From assembly GCA_963709345.1 (NCBI GenBank), contig CAVPVX010000007.1, forward strand, positions 352,001-416,000: a DNA stretch of 64,000 nt. Direction: 5' to 3'. Within the stretch, counting starts at the first letter, position 1. Every line of letters starts with the position of its first letter. Source of the stretch: an uncultured Actinomycetes bacterium (GTDB taxonomy: Bacteria > Actinomycetota > Thermoleophilia > UBA2241). The notes beneath the pieces are model-generated. The model saw only the letters and a program-made list of their open reading frames with translations, was not told the origin of the DNA and made no database searches. Shown here in pieces: positions 1-13,253 of this stretch. Position numbers and translations under genes: made by a program.

Positions 1-95
1 CGGCAAAGTTGGCGGCGCGCGTAGCGCAAAGGTGGGTGAAGACCGCGTCGCCGCAAGCCGGGCGCATCTGCGCGTCGCACGGCGCACTCGAACGG

Positions 96-190
96 TTAAA
101 GGGGCGAGGCCCCGCGGGGAGACGGGGCCTCGTTCAAGGGTCTTGGGGGAGAACCCTCGAGGGGGGTGTGATCGCTTGTCAGCGACTGGA
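96..190 (-). ncRNA. Candidate small RNA with C-rich loops (6C-like)
   Basis: Minus strand reads hairpin (171-186), CCCCCC linker (161-166), hairpin with loop CUCCCCCAA (137-157), 10-bp hairpin with loop UCUCCCCG (105-132), then CCCCUUUAA. No credible ORF overlaps it. Confidence 0.45.
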
Positions 191-212
191 GCCACTACTG
201 ATACTGCCCCGC

Positions 213-245
213 GATTGTTGAGTGCACGTGAAGTGCGCGTGAAGT
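213..245 (-). promoter_or_regulatory. Three 11-bp direct repeats, OmpR/PhoB-type box candidate
   Basis: Minus strand ACTTCACGCGC ACTTCACGTGC ACTCAACAATC, just upstream of the sRNA candidate. Confidence 0.45.
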
Positions 246-544
246 CGCGGGTAGCCGCTTGAAGCGAGTAGTGCCTGGACGCTACGAGGCGACGAGGCGC
301 CGCGAGACAAGGCTCGAAGCCCGATCCTCGGCCCCACGTCTTCGCTCCCGTTAACAGACCGAGGGCCGACGAGCCCGGTCGCTCCAAAGCGACCGTTCCG
401 CCGGCCCTCAGGCCGTGCGGTTCGCCCGGGGCCGGGGCGAACCAGCAGGAAGATAGGAGGTACCAGCACTTGTCGCTGGCAGCGGGCTTCTCGGAGACGG
501 GAAGCGTCGCACGACGGACGCTAGAAGCGAGATGCGAAGGAAGT

Positions 545-561
545 ATTAATCGATTATTAAT
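545..561. promoter_or_regulatory. AT-rich palindromic operator candidate
   Basis: ATTAATCGATTATTAAT with a perfect TAATCGATTA palindrome at 547-556 in an otherwise very GC-rich sequence. Confidence 0.35.
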
Positions 562-657
562 GGATATGAAGTGAGCAGCCTATTGTGGCTGCTTCAAGGC
601 GACCGATAGTGATAGGTTCATGACCGATTTGAAGACCTTTGGGGGCCCGCCCCGATC

Positions 658-3558
<2,901 letters not shown>

Positions 3559-3566
<8 letters not shown>

Positions 3567-4344
3567 GGACGCGCTCCAAATCCATCTCCCAGCCGGCCAG
3601 GTCGGCGAGGAGCACGGGGTCGAGCAGGTCGTAGCGGAGCGGCGTGACGGCCACGCAGCCCTGCGCCACGACGTCGAAGTCGGTGTCGACCCACTCGCCC
3701 GAGGCCGGGTGGTCGCAGGGCAGCAGGAACTCCCGCGGCGGCGCGCCGGGGTCGTCGGCCGCCAGCACGACTCTGTCGTGGCAACTTGCGCCGCCGAGGC
3801 GCGCGGGGCGGATGCCCGTGAACTCCGCGAGCGGCCTGTCGGGTAAGTTCACATTGAGGATGCAGTTGCGCGGGAGGCCGCGCTCGATGACGTGCGCGAC
3901 CATGGCGCGCAGCACCGGCACCGCTTCGTCGAGCCACGCGGCCTCAGGGTTCTCCACCGAGAAGGCGACCGCGGGGTGGCCGCGCAGAGCGGCCTCGAAC
4001 GCGGCGCCGACGGTACCCGAGTACGTGATGTCGGCGCCCATGTTGCCGCCGGCGTTGACTCCCGAGACGACGAGGTCCGGCGCCGGCCGGTCGACCCCGA
4101 GCAGGGCGACCCTGACACAGTCCGACGGCGTACCGTCGCAGGCGAAGCCCTGCCAGCCGTCGCCGAACTCCCTCGGCGCCAGGCGCAGGGCGCGGTGGAT
4201 GGTGATCCCCCGAGCCACCGCGCTCGTGTTGCGGTCCGGGGCGATGGTGGTGACGTTCCCGAGGCCCTCGAGGGCACGGCGCAGCACGGCGATGCCGGGA
4301 GCGCCGATGCCGTCGTCGTTGGTGAGGAGGATCTCGAGGGTCAC
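3559..4344 (-). CDS. surE: 5'/3'-nucleotidase SurE
   Basis: ILLTNDDGI, DGTPSDCV, VSGVNAGGNMG, YSGTVGAA. The upstream part of the 628-aa ORF is only the antisense shadow of the GGDEF gene. TACAAT lies 6 nt before GTG. Confidence 0.93.
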
Positions 4345-4503
4345 CACTTCATTGTACCGGAAGGGCCGGGTGACGTTCGCCACGGACCCTCCCAAGGGAC
4401 GCCGCCATGCTGTAGCCTGTGGAGGCGACGCGCCGCGCGCACGGCCACGGCAGGAAACCCTCGAGCGCCGTCGTAGGAGTCCCGAGCCAAGCTGCAAAGG
4501 AGC

Positions 4504-5409
4504 GTGGTGAGCGAAGCGACCTGCGTTGCGCACGACACCGGCGTCAGGCGCCTGACGGCGCGGCGCGCCGTGGCGCTCCTCGCCTCCCTCCTCGTCGTCT
4601 CGGCGCTCGTGTTCGTGGTCGGAGCCGCGTACCTCTGGCCGCTGTTCGTCTTCCCTCTCGTGCTCGCCGCCGTGTTCTTCTTCGAGCTCGGCAGCCTCAC
4701 CGTGACACTGTGGCTCGGCAACTTCTTCGTGCTGTACTACAGCTTCCGCGCCCCGGCCACGACGGACTCCGTCCGGCAGGCGCTCCTGGGCACCGCCCTC
4801 TTCTTCCTCGCCGGCCTCCTGCTCGGACACGTGCAGCGGCGCCACCAGGTGACGCAGGAGGCGCTCGCCGCCTCGTCGCTCAGCGACCGCCTGACCGGCC
4901 TGTACAACTACGGCACCTTCGTCGACTACCTCCACACGGAGGCGACCAAGACGGACCGCTACGGCGGCGACATGGCGCTCATCATGCTCGACCTCGACGG
5001 CTTCAAGCAGTTCAACGACCGCCACGGCCACCAGACCGGCAACGAACTGCTCCGCCGCGTCGGCACGTCGCTCCGCGGCCTCGTCCGTGACGCCGACATG
5101 GCGGCGCGCTACGGCGGTGAGGAGTTCGCCGTGCTCATCCGCGGGGACGAGACCGACGCCTACGAGTTGGCCGAGCGGCTGCGCCGCGCCGTCGAGGGCA
5201 TCTCCGTGAGCGGCCGAGGCGGCGAGCCGGCGTTCACGACCATCTCCGCGGGCGTCGCCGCCTATCCCGCCGGCGCGCGCGACGAGACCGAGCTCATCGA
5301 ACGCGCCGACGCGGCGCTCTACGAGTCCAAACGCAGGGGACGCAATCGGGTGACCATCTCGACCGTCGTCGCCCGGGAGCAGCAGATCCCCGCCAGCCTC
5401 AGCGCCTGA
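4504..5409 (+). CDS. Membrane-bound diguanylate cyclase (GGDEF)
   Basis: 3-4 N-terminal TM helices, DRLTGLYN, DLDGFKQFNDRHGHQTGN, RDAD I-site, ARYGGEEF, ADAALYESKRRGRN. Confidence 0.93.
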   Translation: MVSEATCVAHDTGVRRLTARRAVALLASLLVVSALVFVVGAAYLWPLFVFPLVLAAVFFFELGSLTVTLWLGNFFVLYYSFRAPATTDSVRQALLGTALFFLAGLLLGHVQRRHQVTQEALAASSLSDRLTGLYNYGTFVDYLHTEATKTDRYGGDMALIMLDLDGFKQFNDRHGHQTGNELLRRVGTSLRGLVRDADMAARYGGEEFAVLIRGDETDAYELAERLRRAVEGISVSGRGGEPAFTTISAGVAAYPAGARDETELIERADAALYESKRRGRNRVTISTVVAREQQIPASLSA

Positions 5410-5475
5410 GGCGCCGGGTCCGGAGTTCGACCCCGGCCGGCGCACGTCGCTTGGGCGACCCTCCGGAAACGCCTT

Positions 5476-6783
5476 CTACCGGCCGAACGCCACCGAGGGC
5501 AGTCTCGTGTCCGGACGCGCGTAGAGGTCGCCGCAGAAGAGCTCGACGCCGTTGCGCTCCAGAAGCCGCTGCTGCCCGGCCTCGCGCACGCCCGTGGCGA
5601 TGAGGTCGGCGCCGATCCGGTCACCGAAGCGCACCAGCAGCTGCACGACGTCGACCGGCGTCGGCTCGCCCCCGAGGCCGGCGACGAGCACGGGGTCGAG
5701 ACACAGATACTCCGGCGCGGCCTCGGCGATGAGCTCCAGCGTCGTGAACTGGGCGCCGAGGCCCGAGATGCACAGCAGAAAGCCGAGCTCACGCACATCG
5801 GCGAGCGTTCGCAGAGTCGAGGCCGTGTTCGTCCCCAGGTCGTCGGCGTCGATCTCGAAGACGACATGCTGCGGCACGAGCGCACGGTTCAGCGAGTAGA
5901 ACTCGCTGACGGCGACGACCGCGGCATTGGGAAGCTCGGCGGCGGCACACCCCAGGAAGAGCAGATCGTCGGCCCGCAACCCTGCAGCCGCGGTGACGGT
6001 GGCCTCGCGCGCGGCGATGCCGTAGGCCGGCAGGAGACGGGAGCGGCGGGCGACATCGAGCAGTACGTCGGGCAGCCGCAGCGGCGAGTAGAAGGGGCCA
6101 CGCACGCTGCTTCTGTAGCCGATCACCTCTCGCCCGACAGGATCCACGACCGGCTCGAACAGGGGCTCGAGCTCGGCGCGGGAGACGCACTCCGCGAGCG
6201 TCGCCTCGAGGTCCTCGTCGTACGCGTCGGCCTGCTCGTTCGCCGCCTGCATCGCGAGGGCGAGGCCTTGCTGCAGATTCTGCTCGAAGGTGAGGCCGGC
6301 ATCGACGTCGACGATCGCGGAGCCGACCGACGGGTGCACGCGGTCGTAGACGCCCGGGGCCAGGTCGTTGAGCAGCAGCGACTGCAGACGCTCGTACACG
6401 CGCCGCGTCACCGCCGCGAGGTCGTCCTCCGAGATGACAGCAGCCGCGCGCGGCGGCGACAGCAGGACGATGAACGCGTCGTCGGTGAGCGTGAAGTCGC
6501 TGACCACGTCGAGGCGGCGCAGGGTGCTTCCCACCATGCCTTCGAGGTTGGCGGCGACGGCGTCGAGGATCTCGGAGACGATCCGCCAGCCGAAGACGGG
6601 CTCGAGACGTCCGTAGCGGTCCAGGCTGATGTACAGGAGCGCGACCTGGCCGGACTTCTCGAGCTCGAGACGGACGGAGTCGGCGACGAGGTTGAGGGAC
6701 GGCAGATGCGACGGACCGTCGCTGACCAGACTGCGCAGCGTGGTGCGGGCCTTGCGCAGCGCATCGTCGCTCGGTCGGTCCAC
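5476..6783 (-). CDS. Degenerate GGDEF-EAL domain protein
   Basis: GGDEF-like N half (TDDAF at the signature), EAL-like C half (PLFEPVVD, VVFEI, IATGV, FCGDLYARP) with catalytic motifs lost. Confidence 0.8.
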   Translation of the reverse strand: MDRPSDDALRKARTTLRSLVSDGPSHLPSLNLVADSVRLELEKSGQVALLYISLDRYGRLEPVFGWRIVSEILDAVAANLEGMVGSTLRRLDVVSDFTLTDDAFIVLLSPPRAAAVISEDDLAAVTRRVYERLQSLLLNDLAPGVYDRVHPSVGSAIVDVDAGLTFEQNLQQGLALAMQAANEQADAYDEDLEATLAECVSRAELEPLFEPVVDPVGREVIGYRSSVRGPFYSPLRLPDVLLDVARRSRLLPAYGIAAREATVTAAAGLRADDLLFLGCAAAELPNAAVVAVSEFYSLNRALVPQHVVFEIDADDLGTNTASTLRTLADVRELGFLLCISGLGAQFTTLELIAEAAPEYLCLDPVLVAGLGGEPTPVDVVQLLVRFGDRIGADLIATGVREAGQQRLLERNGVELFCGDLYARPDTRLPSVAFGR

Positions 6784-6805
6784 GCTGTTCCCCCTTCCGG
6801 CCGCG

Positions 6806-7153
6806 TCAGGTCGCCTTCTGCTTCTCCTTGGGCTTGTCGCCGCCGGCCGCCGGCTTGTCCGGCGCGGCGGCGGACCCGTCCTTGGCGGTTGCGTCGGACG
6901 AGCCGCTCCCGCCGGCGCCCTCGGACGAGGACTCGCCGGACCCGGAGTCGCACCCGCCGGGGCGGCGGCTGGAGCCCTTGCCGTAGTCGGTGGTGTAGAA
7001 GCCCGATCCCTTGAAGTGGATGGCGACGGGGTGGAGCACCTTGCGCAGCGGTCCGCCGCACGCCTCGCACTCGACCAGCGGGTCGTCGCTCATCTTCTGG
7101 AAGGCCTCGAACGAGGCGCTGCAGTCGTCACACTGATACTCGTAGATGGGCAA
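6806..7153 (-). CDS. FmdB family zinc-ribbon protein
   Basis: MPIYEYQCDDC...CEACGG...FKGSGFYTTDY. Confidence 0.92.
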   Translation of the reverse strand: MPIYEYQCDDCSASFEAFQKMSDDPLVECEACGGPLRKVLHPVAIHFKGSGFYTTDYGKGSSRRPGGCDSGSGESSSEGAGGSGSSDATAKDGSAAAPDKPAAGGDKPKEKQKAT

Positions 7154-7232
7154 GCAGAAATCCCCGGCCGTGGTCAGCGGAATCCGAGTGTAGCACAGGC
7201 CGGCCGCGACCCGCTGCGCCGCGCGGCCGGCC

Positions 7233-7919
7233 TCATGGGGCGAACGGCGGCAGGTGGCCGGCGATCACCTGCACGGGCGCCCAGGCACGGATGCGCCGCC
7301 ATGACTCGAGCAGTTGGGCCGCCGCAGGTCCCGTGGGCCGCATGGCCGCGAACTCGTCCGGGCAGGGGCCGACGGTGTCGCCGCAGAGCACGACCGTCCC
7401 CGCTGCCGTCTCGACGGCAAGGCTGATGTGGCCGTCGCAGTGCCCCGGCGTCAGGGCCCAGCGCACGTCCCCCGCGAGCTCTCCGCCGATACCCGTCAGC
7501 CGCTCGAGCGGCCCCCCACCCAGGAGCGCGGCGGCGAGCGCCCAGTAGGGCGCCGCCGTCTCGAGCTCGTGCACGACCACGGGCGCCGGGAGATCGGTAC
7601 ACCCCCCGACGTGATCGAGGTGCGCATGCGTGAGCACGACGAGATCGACGTCCAAAGGGTTCAGGCCGCGGGCCGCGAGCGCTCCGACCACGGGTTCGTT
7701 CTGCAGCGGCAACCCAGGGTCGACGACGATCGTCCGGGGGCCACGCAGGAGGACGGTGTTCGGGAAGGTCGTCATGCCGACGACGGACCGTCGCTCGCGA
7801 AGTCCCCGATACGCGACGAACGCCTCCGGCGAGCGATGCTCGGGCAGGACCTCGACGGCGTCGCCCTCGACGCTGAACACGAAGCGTGCGGTGGGAATGA
7901 GGATGTCGACTTCGTACAC
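7233..7919 (-). CDS. MBL-fold metallo-hydrolase
   Basis: VVDPG, THAHLDHVGG, TPGH, CGD, IAGH. Confidence 0.9.
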   Translation of the reverse strand: MYEVDILIPTARFVFSVEGDAVEVLPEHRSPEAFVAYRGLRERRSVVGMTTFPNTVLLRGPRTIVVDPGLPLQNEPVVGALAARGLNPLDVDLVVLTHAHLDHVGGCTDLPAPVVVHELETAAPYWALAAALLGGGPLERLTGIGGELAGDVRWALTPGHCDGHISLAVETAAGTVVLCGDTVGPCPDEFAAMRPTGPAAAQLLESWRRIRAWAPVQVIAGHLPPFAP

Positions 7920-7953
7920 GAGGGCTGCCTCGGCCGGTGGCGCTCCAACCGTC

Positions 7954-8274
7954 TCAGGCCGAGACGGCCGGCCCCCCTTCGTCGTCGCGCGCGTACAGGA
8001 AGTCGACCTTGTCCATGTTCATGATGATGAAGGGTGCGGTGTCCAGAAGCTCCTGGGTGCCCTTGTTGAAGATGCGCACCTTGGACAGGGTCAGGCGCAC
8101 GTCGCTGAACGACCGGATGTAATCACTGGCGCGGCGAGAGCTGGCTCGGTGCCCGACGCCGAAGTGGGCGATGCCGACGATCTTGAACTCGCCCATGTAG
8201 GCGACGATCTCGAGCTCCTTGAAGTCGGAGTCGGCGGCAAAGCCGTCGAGTCCGCCGTGTCCCTCAGTCTCCAT
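7954..8274 (-). CDS. Small conserved hypothetical protein (DUF6812-like)
   Basis: GGGAGGG RBS before ATG 8274, coding-like codon use, pattern RASDYI...LTLSKVRIF...APFIIMNMDKV. Confidence 0.7.
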   Translation of the reverse strand: METEGHGGLDGFAADSDFKELEIVAYMGEFKIVGIAHFGVGHRASSRRASDYIRSFSDVRLTLSKVRIFNKGTQELLDTAPFIIMNMDKVDFLYARDDEGGPAVSA

Positions 8275-8512
8275 CGTCTGGCCCTCCCGTCGTCGGCCGG
8301 CCTGCCGCGGTGGGACCGGCAGCGGAACACGGCGTGCCGGCGAAGGCGCCGACCGCGCCGCGGCTGGGACGCAGCGCCAGCCGTAGCCGGCCCAGCGCCA
8401 CGCGCCGTGATTCGCCTCGCCGCGGCGCCAGCACGACGCCCAGAGCCGCACCTGCGGCGCTCCCGATATCCGATCTGCCGATCATCTCCATGATCGACCC
8501 ACTATAGCGACG

Positions 8513-10918
8513 CTACTTCTCGAAGACCAGGTGATCGCCGCTCACGCCCACCCGGATGGTATCCCCCTCGGTGAATGAGCCGCTGAGCAGCTCTTTCGAG
8601 AGCGGGTTCTCGATCAGCCGCTGGATGGCGCGCTTGAGCGGCCGCGCCCCGAACCGCGGATCGTACCCGGCGTTCGCGACGAAGCTACGCGCCTCCGGGG
8701 TCACCTCGAACCGCATGCCCTGGCCCTCCACCAGGCGCCGCACGTGCGTCAGCAGCAGGTCGGCGATCTGCTCGAGCGCGGCGCGGCCGAGGCCGTGGAA
8801 CACGATCGTGTCGTCGATCCGGTTCAGGAACTCCGGCCGGAAGGTCTGCCCGAGCGCCCCCATGAGCCGGCTCTCGACGGCGTCGTAGTCGCTCTCCATC
8901 TCCTCGGCGTCGGGGATGAGATCCGCGCCGACATTGCTGGTCATGATGACGACGGTGTTCTTGAAGTCGACGGTGCGGCCCTTGTTGTCGGTGAGACGGC
9001 CGTCGTCGAGCACCTGCAGCAGGATGTTGAACACGTCCGGGTGCGCCTTCTCGATCTCGTCGAAGAGCACGACGCTGTACGGGTGCCGGCGGACAGCCTC
9101 GGTGAGCTGGCCGCCCTCCTCGTAGCCCACGTAGCCGGGCGGCGAGCCGACAAGGCGACTCACGGAGAACTTCTCCATGTACTCGCTCATGTCGAGCCGC
9201 ACCATGGCGCTCTCGTCGTCGAAGAGGAACTCGGCCAGCGCCCGGGCGAGCTCGGTCTTGCCCACTCCCGTCGGGCCGAGGAAGAGGAACGAGCCGATCG
9301 GCCGCTTGGGGTCCTTGAGCCCGGCGCGGGCGCGCCGCACGGCCTCGGACACGGCGACGACCGCCTTGTCCTGGCCGATGACGCGCCCGTGCAGTCGCTC
9401 TTCCATCTGGAGGAGCTTCTCGGTCTCCTCCTCCTTCATGCGCTGCACCGGGATGCCCGTCCAGGCGCTCACGATGCCGGCGATGTCGTCGCCGCCGATC
9501 GTCGCCTCGGCGATGCCCTTGTCGGCCAGCCACGCCTCCTTGGCGGTCACGAAGGTCTGCTGGATCTTGTCGGTCTGCTCCTTGAGCTGGGCGGCACGCT
9601 CGTAGTCCTGCGCCTGCACGGCGGCAGCTCCTTCGCGCGTCAACTCCTGGAGGCGACGTTCCATGTCACGCAGATCCGGCGGCAGCATCGTCGCCTCGAT
9701 GCGCATCTTGCTGGCCGCCTCGTCGAGCAGGTCGATGGCCTTGTCGGGCAGGAAGCGGTCGCTGATGTAGCGGTCGCTGAGCACCGCCGACTCGCGGATC
9801 GCCTCGTCGGTGATCTTGACCTTGTGGTGTGCTTCGTACTTGTCGCGCAGCCCCGTGAGGATGGCGATCGTCTCCTCGACCGTCGGCTCGCCGACGAGGA
9901 CAGGCTGGAAGCGGCGCTCGAGCGCAGCGTCCTTCTCGACGTTCTCGCGGTACTCGTCGAGCGTCGTCGCGCCGACGCACTGAAGCTCGCCGCGAGCCAG
10001 CATCGGCTTCATCATGTTGGAGGCGTCCATCGCGCCCTCCGCGGCGCCGGCGCCCACCACGGTGTGGAGCTCGTCGATGAAGAGGATCACATCCTTGGAC
10101 CGCTGGATCTCGTCGAGGGCTCCCTTGAGACGCTCCTCGAATTCGCCGCGGTACTTGGCGCCGGCGACCATGGCGCCGAGGTCGAGCGCGAGCACGCGCT
10201 TACCGCGCAGCGACTCGGGAACGTCGCCGTCCACGACCTTCTGCGCCAGTCCCTCGGCGATGGCGGTCTTGCCGACGCCGGGCTCGCCGATCACGACCGG
10301 GTTGTTCTTGGTCCTGCGGCTGAGCACCTGGATGACGCGCTTGATCTCCTCGTCGCGGCCGATGACGGGGTCGAGCTTGTCGTCGGCGGCCAGCGCCGTG
10401 AGGTCACGCGTGTACTTGCCGAGCATGCTCTCGCCGGTCGCCTGGCCCTCGTAGTCGACGCCGGTGGCGCGGGTCTGCTGCAGCGCCTTCATCACGCCCT
10501 CCTCGGTCAAGCCGAGATCGCGCAGCGTCGCGCCGCCGGGCCCGTCGCCCTCGAGCATGATGCCGAGCAGAAGGTGCTCGGTGCCGATGAAGGCGTCGCC
10601 CATGGCCTGCGCCTTCTGGGCCGCGATGTCGAGTGCGGCTTTGGCCCGCGGCGTGAGGTACAGCTGGTCGGCGTCGCCGCCGGGGCCGCCGACGCGGCCC
10701 GCCCCGGCGGTCTGCAGGTAGTGGTTGGCGCGCGCCATGGCGACGCCCTTGTCGACGCCCAGCAGGCTGAACACCTGCTCGACGACGCCGCCCGGCAGAC
10801 TGAGCACGCCTATCAGCAGGTGCTCGGTGCCGAGCTGGTTGCCCGGACCGCGGCGCACGATGCCCTGCGCCGTCTCGAGCGCTTCTCGCGCCCGCTCGGA
10901 GAACCTGTTCATATCCAT
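8513..10918 (-). CDS. Hsp100/Clp AAA+ ATPase (ClpC-like architecture)
   Basis: Two Clp-N repeats, GEPGVGKT and GPTGVGKT Walker A, IDELH and FDEIEKAHP Walker B, GYVG pore loop, short UVR-like M-domain. Confidence 0.95.
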   Translation of the reverse strand: MDMNRFSERAREALETAQGIVRRGPGNQLGTEHLLIGVLSLPGGVVEQVFSLLGVDKGVAMARANHYLQTAGAGRVGGPGGDADQLYLTPRAKAALDIAAQKAQAMGDAFIGTEHLLLGIMLEGDGPGGATLRDLGLTEEGVMKALQQTRATGVDYEGQATGESMLGKYTRDLTALAADDKLDPVIGRDEEIKRVIQVLSRRTKNNPVVIGEPGVGKTAIAEGLAQKVVDGDVPESLRGKRVLALDLGAMVAGAKYRGEFEERLKGALDEIQRSKDVILFIDELHTVVGAGAAEGAMDASNMMKPMLARGELQCVGATTLDEYRENVEKDAALERRFQPVLVGEPTVEETIAILTGLRDKYEAHHKVKITDEAIRESAVLSDRYISDRFLPDKAIDLLDEAASKMRIEATMLPPDLRDMERRLQELTREGAAAVQAQDYERAAQLKEQTDKIQQTFVTAKEAWLADKGIAEATIGGDDIAGIVSAWTGIPVQRMKEEETEKLLQMEERLHGRVIGQDKAVVAVSEAVRRARAGLKDPKRPIGSFLFLGPTGVGKTELARALAEFLFDDESAMVRLDMSEYMEKFSVSRLVGSPPGYVGYEEGGQLTEAVRRHPYSVVLFDEIEKAHPDVFNILLQVLDDGRLTDNKGRTVDFKNTVVIMTSNVGADLIPDAEEMESDYDAVESRLMGALGQTFRPEFLNRIDDTIVFHGLGRAALEQIADLLLTHVRRLVEGQGMRFEVTPEARSFVANAGYDPRFGARPLKRAIQRLIENPLSKELLSGSFTEGDTIRVGVSGDHLVFEK

Positions 10919-10949
10919 GGGGATCCTCGCTCTGCTCTCGTGCCGCGCG

Positions 10950-11360
10950 TCATACGCGCCGCCGCCGGCGTCCCAGCCGCACCATCTGGCTGCTCGCGAC
11001 CGGCACCAGCTCCAGACGGTGCGAACGCTCGACGCGCTCGACCTCGCGACGCATCGCGAGGGCGGCCTCGTCGAGCCTCGTCTGCAGACGCGCCATGTCG
11101 CGGCGCAGGCCGGCCAATTGCTGTTCCATCACGAGGACGCGCTCGACACCCGCGAGATTCAAGCCCAGCTCCGTCAGCTCCTGGATGCGCAGCAGCCTCT
11201 CCACGTCGCGGCGCGAGTAGCGCCGCGTGTTCTTCGCCGTCCTCTGCGGGTGCACCAGGCCGCGGCGCTCGTAGAGTCGCAGCGTCTGCGGGTGCATCCC
11301 GGCGAGCTCGGCCGCGACCGAGATCGAGTAGAGCGGCATATCTCCGTCATCACGTCTCAT
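10950..11360 (-). CDS. hspR: Heat-shock repressor HspR (MerR family)
   Basis: [26 protein letters not shown], directly downstream of dnaJ. Confidence 0.92.
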   Translation of the reverse strand: MRRDDGDMPLYSISVAAELAGMHPQTLRLYERRGLVHPQRTAKNTRRYSRRDVERLLRIQELTELGLNLAGVERVLVMEQQLAGLRRDMARLQTRLDEAALAMRREVERVERSHRLELVPVASSQMVRLGRRRRRV

Positions 11361-11391
11361 CGTTCAGCCATCGTCTCCGGGAGGCTTCGCG

Positions 11392-12531
11392 TCATCCCGC
11401 CGTCGAGCGCGGGTCGGGGAAGGTCGCGGCGAGCTTCTCGAACAGTTGCCTCTGCTCCTTGGTCAGCTTGGCCGGCACCTCGACCCGGACCTTGACGAGG
11501 AGGTCGCCGTGCCCGCCTTTGAGCTTCGTCATGCCCTTGCCGCGCACGCGCAGCGTGCGCCCGTCCTGGGTGCCGGCGGGGATCTTGAGCGAGACCCCGC
11601 CGCCGCCCGGAGTCGGGACCTTGACGCTCGCGCCCAACGCCGCCTCGGCGACGGTGACCGGCACCTCGACGACGAGGTTGTCGCCGCGCCGGTCGAAGAG
11701 GTCGTCTGTCTCGACGTGCACGCGCACGTAGAGGTCGCCGGCCGGCCCGCCACGAAGGCCGGCCTCACCCTTGCCCTTGATGCGGATCTTGCTACCGTCC
11801 TTGACACCCGCCGGCACTTTGACCTGGTACCGGCGGGTCTTGTGCTGGACGCCGCTGCCGTGACACCCCGGGCACGGGCTCTCGATGATCGTGCCTTGCC
11901 CGTGGCAGCGCGGGCACGGCTGCGAGATCGCGAACGGACCCTGATTGCGGGCGACGACGCCGCGGCCCTGGCACTCCGGGCACACCTTGGGCGTCGTCCC
12001 CGGCTTGGCGCCGCTCCCGTGACAGGTGGCGCACGTGTCGGGCTTGTCGACCGGCACCCGGACTGTCACGCCGCGGAGGGCGTCGTCGAACGAGATGGTC
12101 ACGTCGACCTGGAGGTCGGCGCCGCGCTCGGCGGCCCTGCGGCGCCCGCGCCCGGCTCCGGGGCCGCCCGCGGTGCCACCGAACAGGTTGCCGAGGATGT
12201 CGCCGAGGTCGCCCATCTCGAACTGCGCGCCGCCCTGGCCGAACGCGCTCGGATCGAACCCCTGGTAGCCCCCGGCGCCCGGCCGGAAGCCGCCCGCACC
12301 CGGGCCCCCGCCGAAGGCGCCGAGCCGGCTCATCTCGTCGTAGTGCTTGCGCCGTTCGGGGTCGGAGAGCATCTCGTAGGCCTCGCTGACCTCCTTGAAC
12401 TTATCCTCGGCCGCCTTGTCACCGGGGTTCTTGTCCGGGTGATGCTGGCGCGCAAGCTTGCGGAACGCCTTCTTGATGTCGTCCTGAGAGGCCCCTTTGG
12501 GGACGCCGAGAGTCGTGTAGAAGTCGCTCAT
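11392..12531 (-). CDS. dnaJ: Chaperone DnaJ
   Basis: HPD motif, G/F-rich region, four CxxCxGxG repeats. Confidence 0.97.
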   Translation of the reverse strand: MSDFYTTLGVPKGASQDDIKKAFRKLARQHHPDKNPGDKAAEDKFKEVSEAYEMLSDPERRKHYDEMSRLGAFGGGPGAGGFRPGAGGYQGFDPSAFGQGGAQFEMGDLGDILGNLFGGTAGGPGAGRGRRRAAERGADLQVDVTISFDDALRGVTVRVPVDKPDTCATCHGSGAKPGTTPKVCPECQGRGVVARNQGPFAISQPCPRCHGQGTIIESPCPGCHGSGVQHKTRRYQVKVPAGVKDGSKIRIKGKGEAGLRGGPAGDLYVRVHVETDDLFDRRGDNLVVEVPVTVAEAALGASVKVPTPGGGGVSLKIPAGTQDGRTLRVRGKGMTKLKGGHGDLLVKVRVEVPAKLTKEQRQLFEKLAATFPDPRSTAG

Positions 12532-12541
12532 CCCGACCGAC

Positions 12542-13144
12542 TCAGCTCACCACGATGACCTTGGCCGGACGAAGCAGCCTGCCGTGCAGCAGGTAGCCAC
12601 GCTCCAGCACCTGCAGCACCGTGCCCTCGGAGTACTCCGGCGACGCCTGGGTCATGATCGCCTCGTGCAGATTGGGGTCGAAGAGGATTCCCGGCTCCGC
12701 CGGTATCTCCTCGAGACCGTGGCCCTCGAGCGTGCCGCGCAGCTGGCCGGAGACCAACTCGAGGCCGGCCAGCAGCTGACCCTCTTCGTGCCGGGCGGCC
12801 GCATCGAGCGCCCGGCTCATGTTGTCCATGACCGGCAGCAAGGACTCGACGACGGTCTCGGCGGCCCGCAGGCGCAGCTCCTCGTGGTCGCGCTGGACGC
12901 GCTTGCGGTAGTTCTCGAACTCGGCCTTGAGGCGCCGCAGATGGTCGAGGTACTCGTCGCGCTCACGCTCGACCTCGGCCGGCTGCCCGGCCTCGCCGGT
13001 CGGCGGTGAGGCCACTCCGGCGCCGGACTCGGCCGCTTCGCCGGCAGCGGCCGGCTCGGCCGCCTCGACGTCGATCTTGACCTCTGCGGCGCCGGCGCGC
13101 CCGGGGCGCTTCTCGTCGCGCTTCGTGTGCTTCCTGTCCGTCAT
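12542..13144 (-). CDS. grpE: Nucleotide exchange factor GrpE
   Basis: [32 protein letters not shown]. Confidence 0.96.
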   Translation of the reverse strand: MTDRKHTKRDEKRPGRAGAAEVKIDVEAAEPAAAGEAAESGAGVASPPTGEAGQPAEVERERDEYLDHLRRLKAEFENYRKRVQRDHEELRLRAAETVVESLLPVMDNMSRALDAAARHEEGQLLAGLELVSGQLRGTLEGHGLEEIPAEPGILFDPNLHEAIMTQASPEYSEGTVLQVLERGYLLHGRLLRPAKVIVVS

Positions 13145-13253
13145 GTCCGTTCTCTGTGTCGTCTCATGCGCGGCACGCGGCCGCTCCGTCTCGCCGGGGA
13201 GTCCGGGCGGGGCGAAGCGCAGTGCCCCGCCCCGCCGGCGCTCCCGGCGCGTC

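Noticed and set aside
1-60. GGCAAA...GCGCAAAG resembling a c-di-GMP-I riboswitch
   Set aside because: The GAAA tetraloop stem and second-stem consensus are not evident, and it is truncated at the window edge.
4350-5445. 628-aa ORF suggesting a long N-terminal extension of SurE
   Set aside because: The extension is the antisense shadow of the GGDEF gene. SurE begins at about 4344 behind its own -10.
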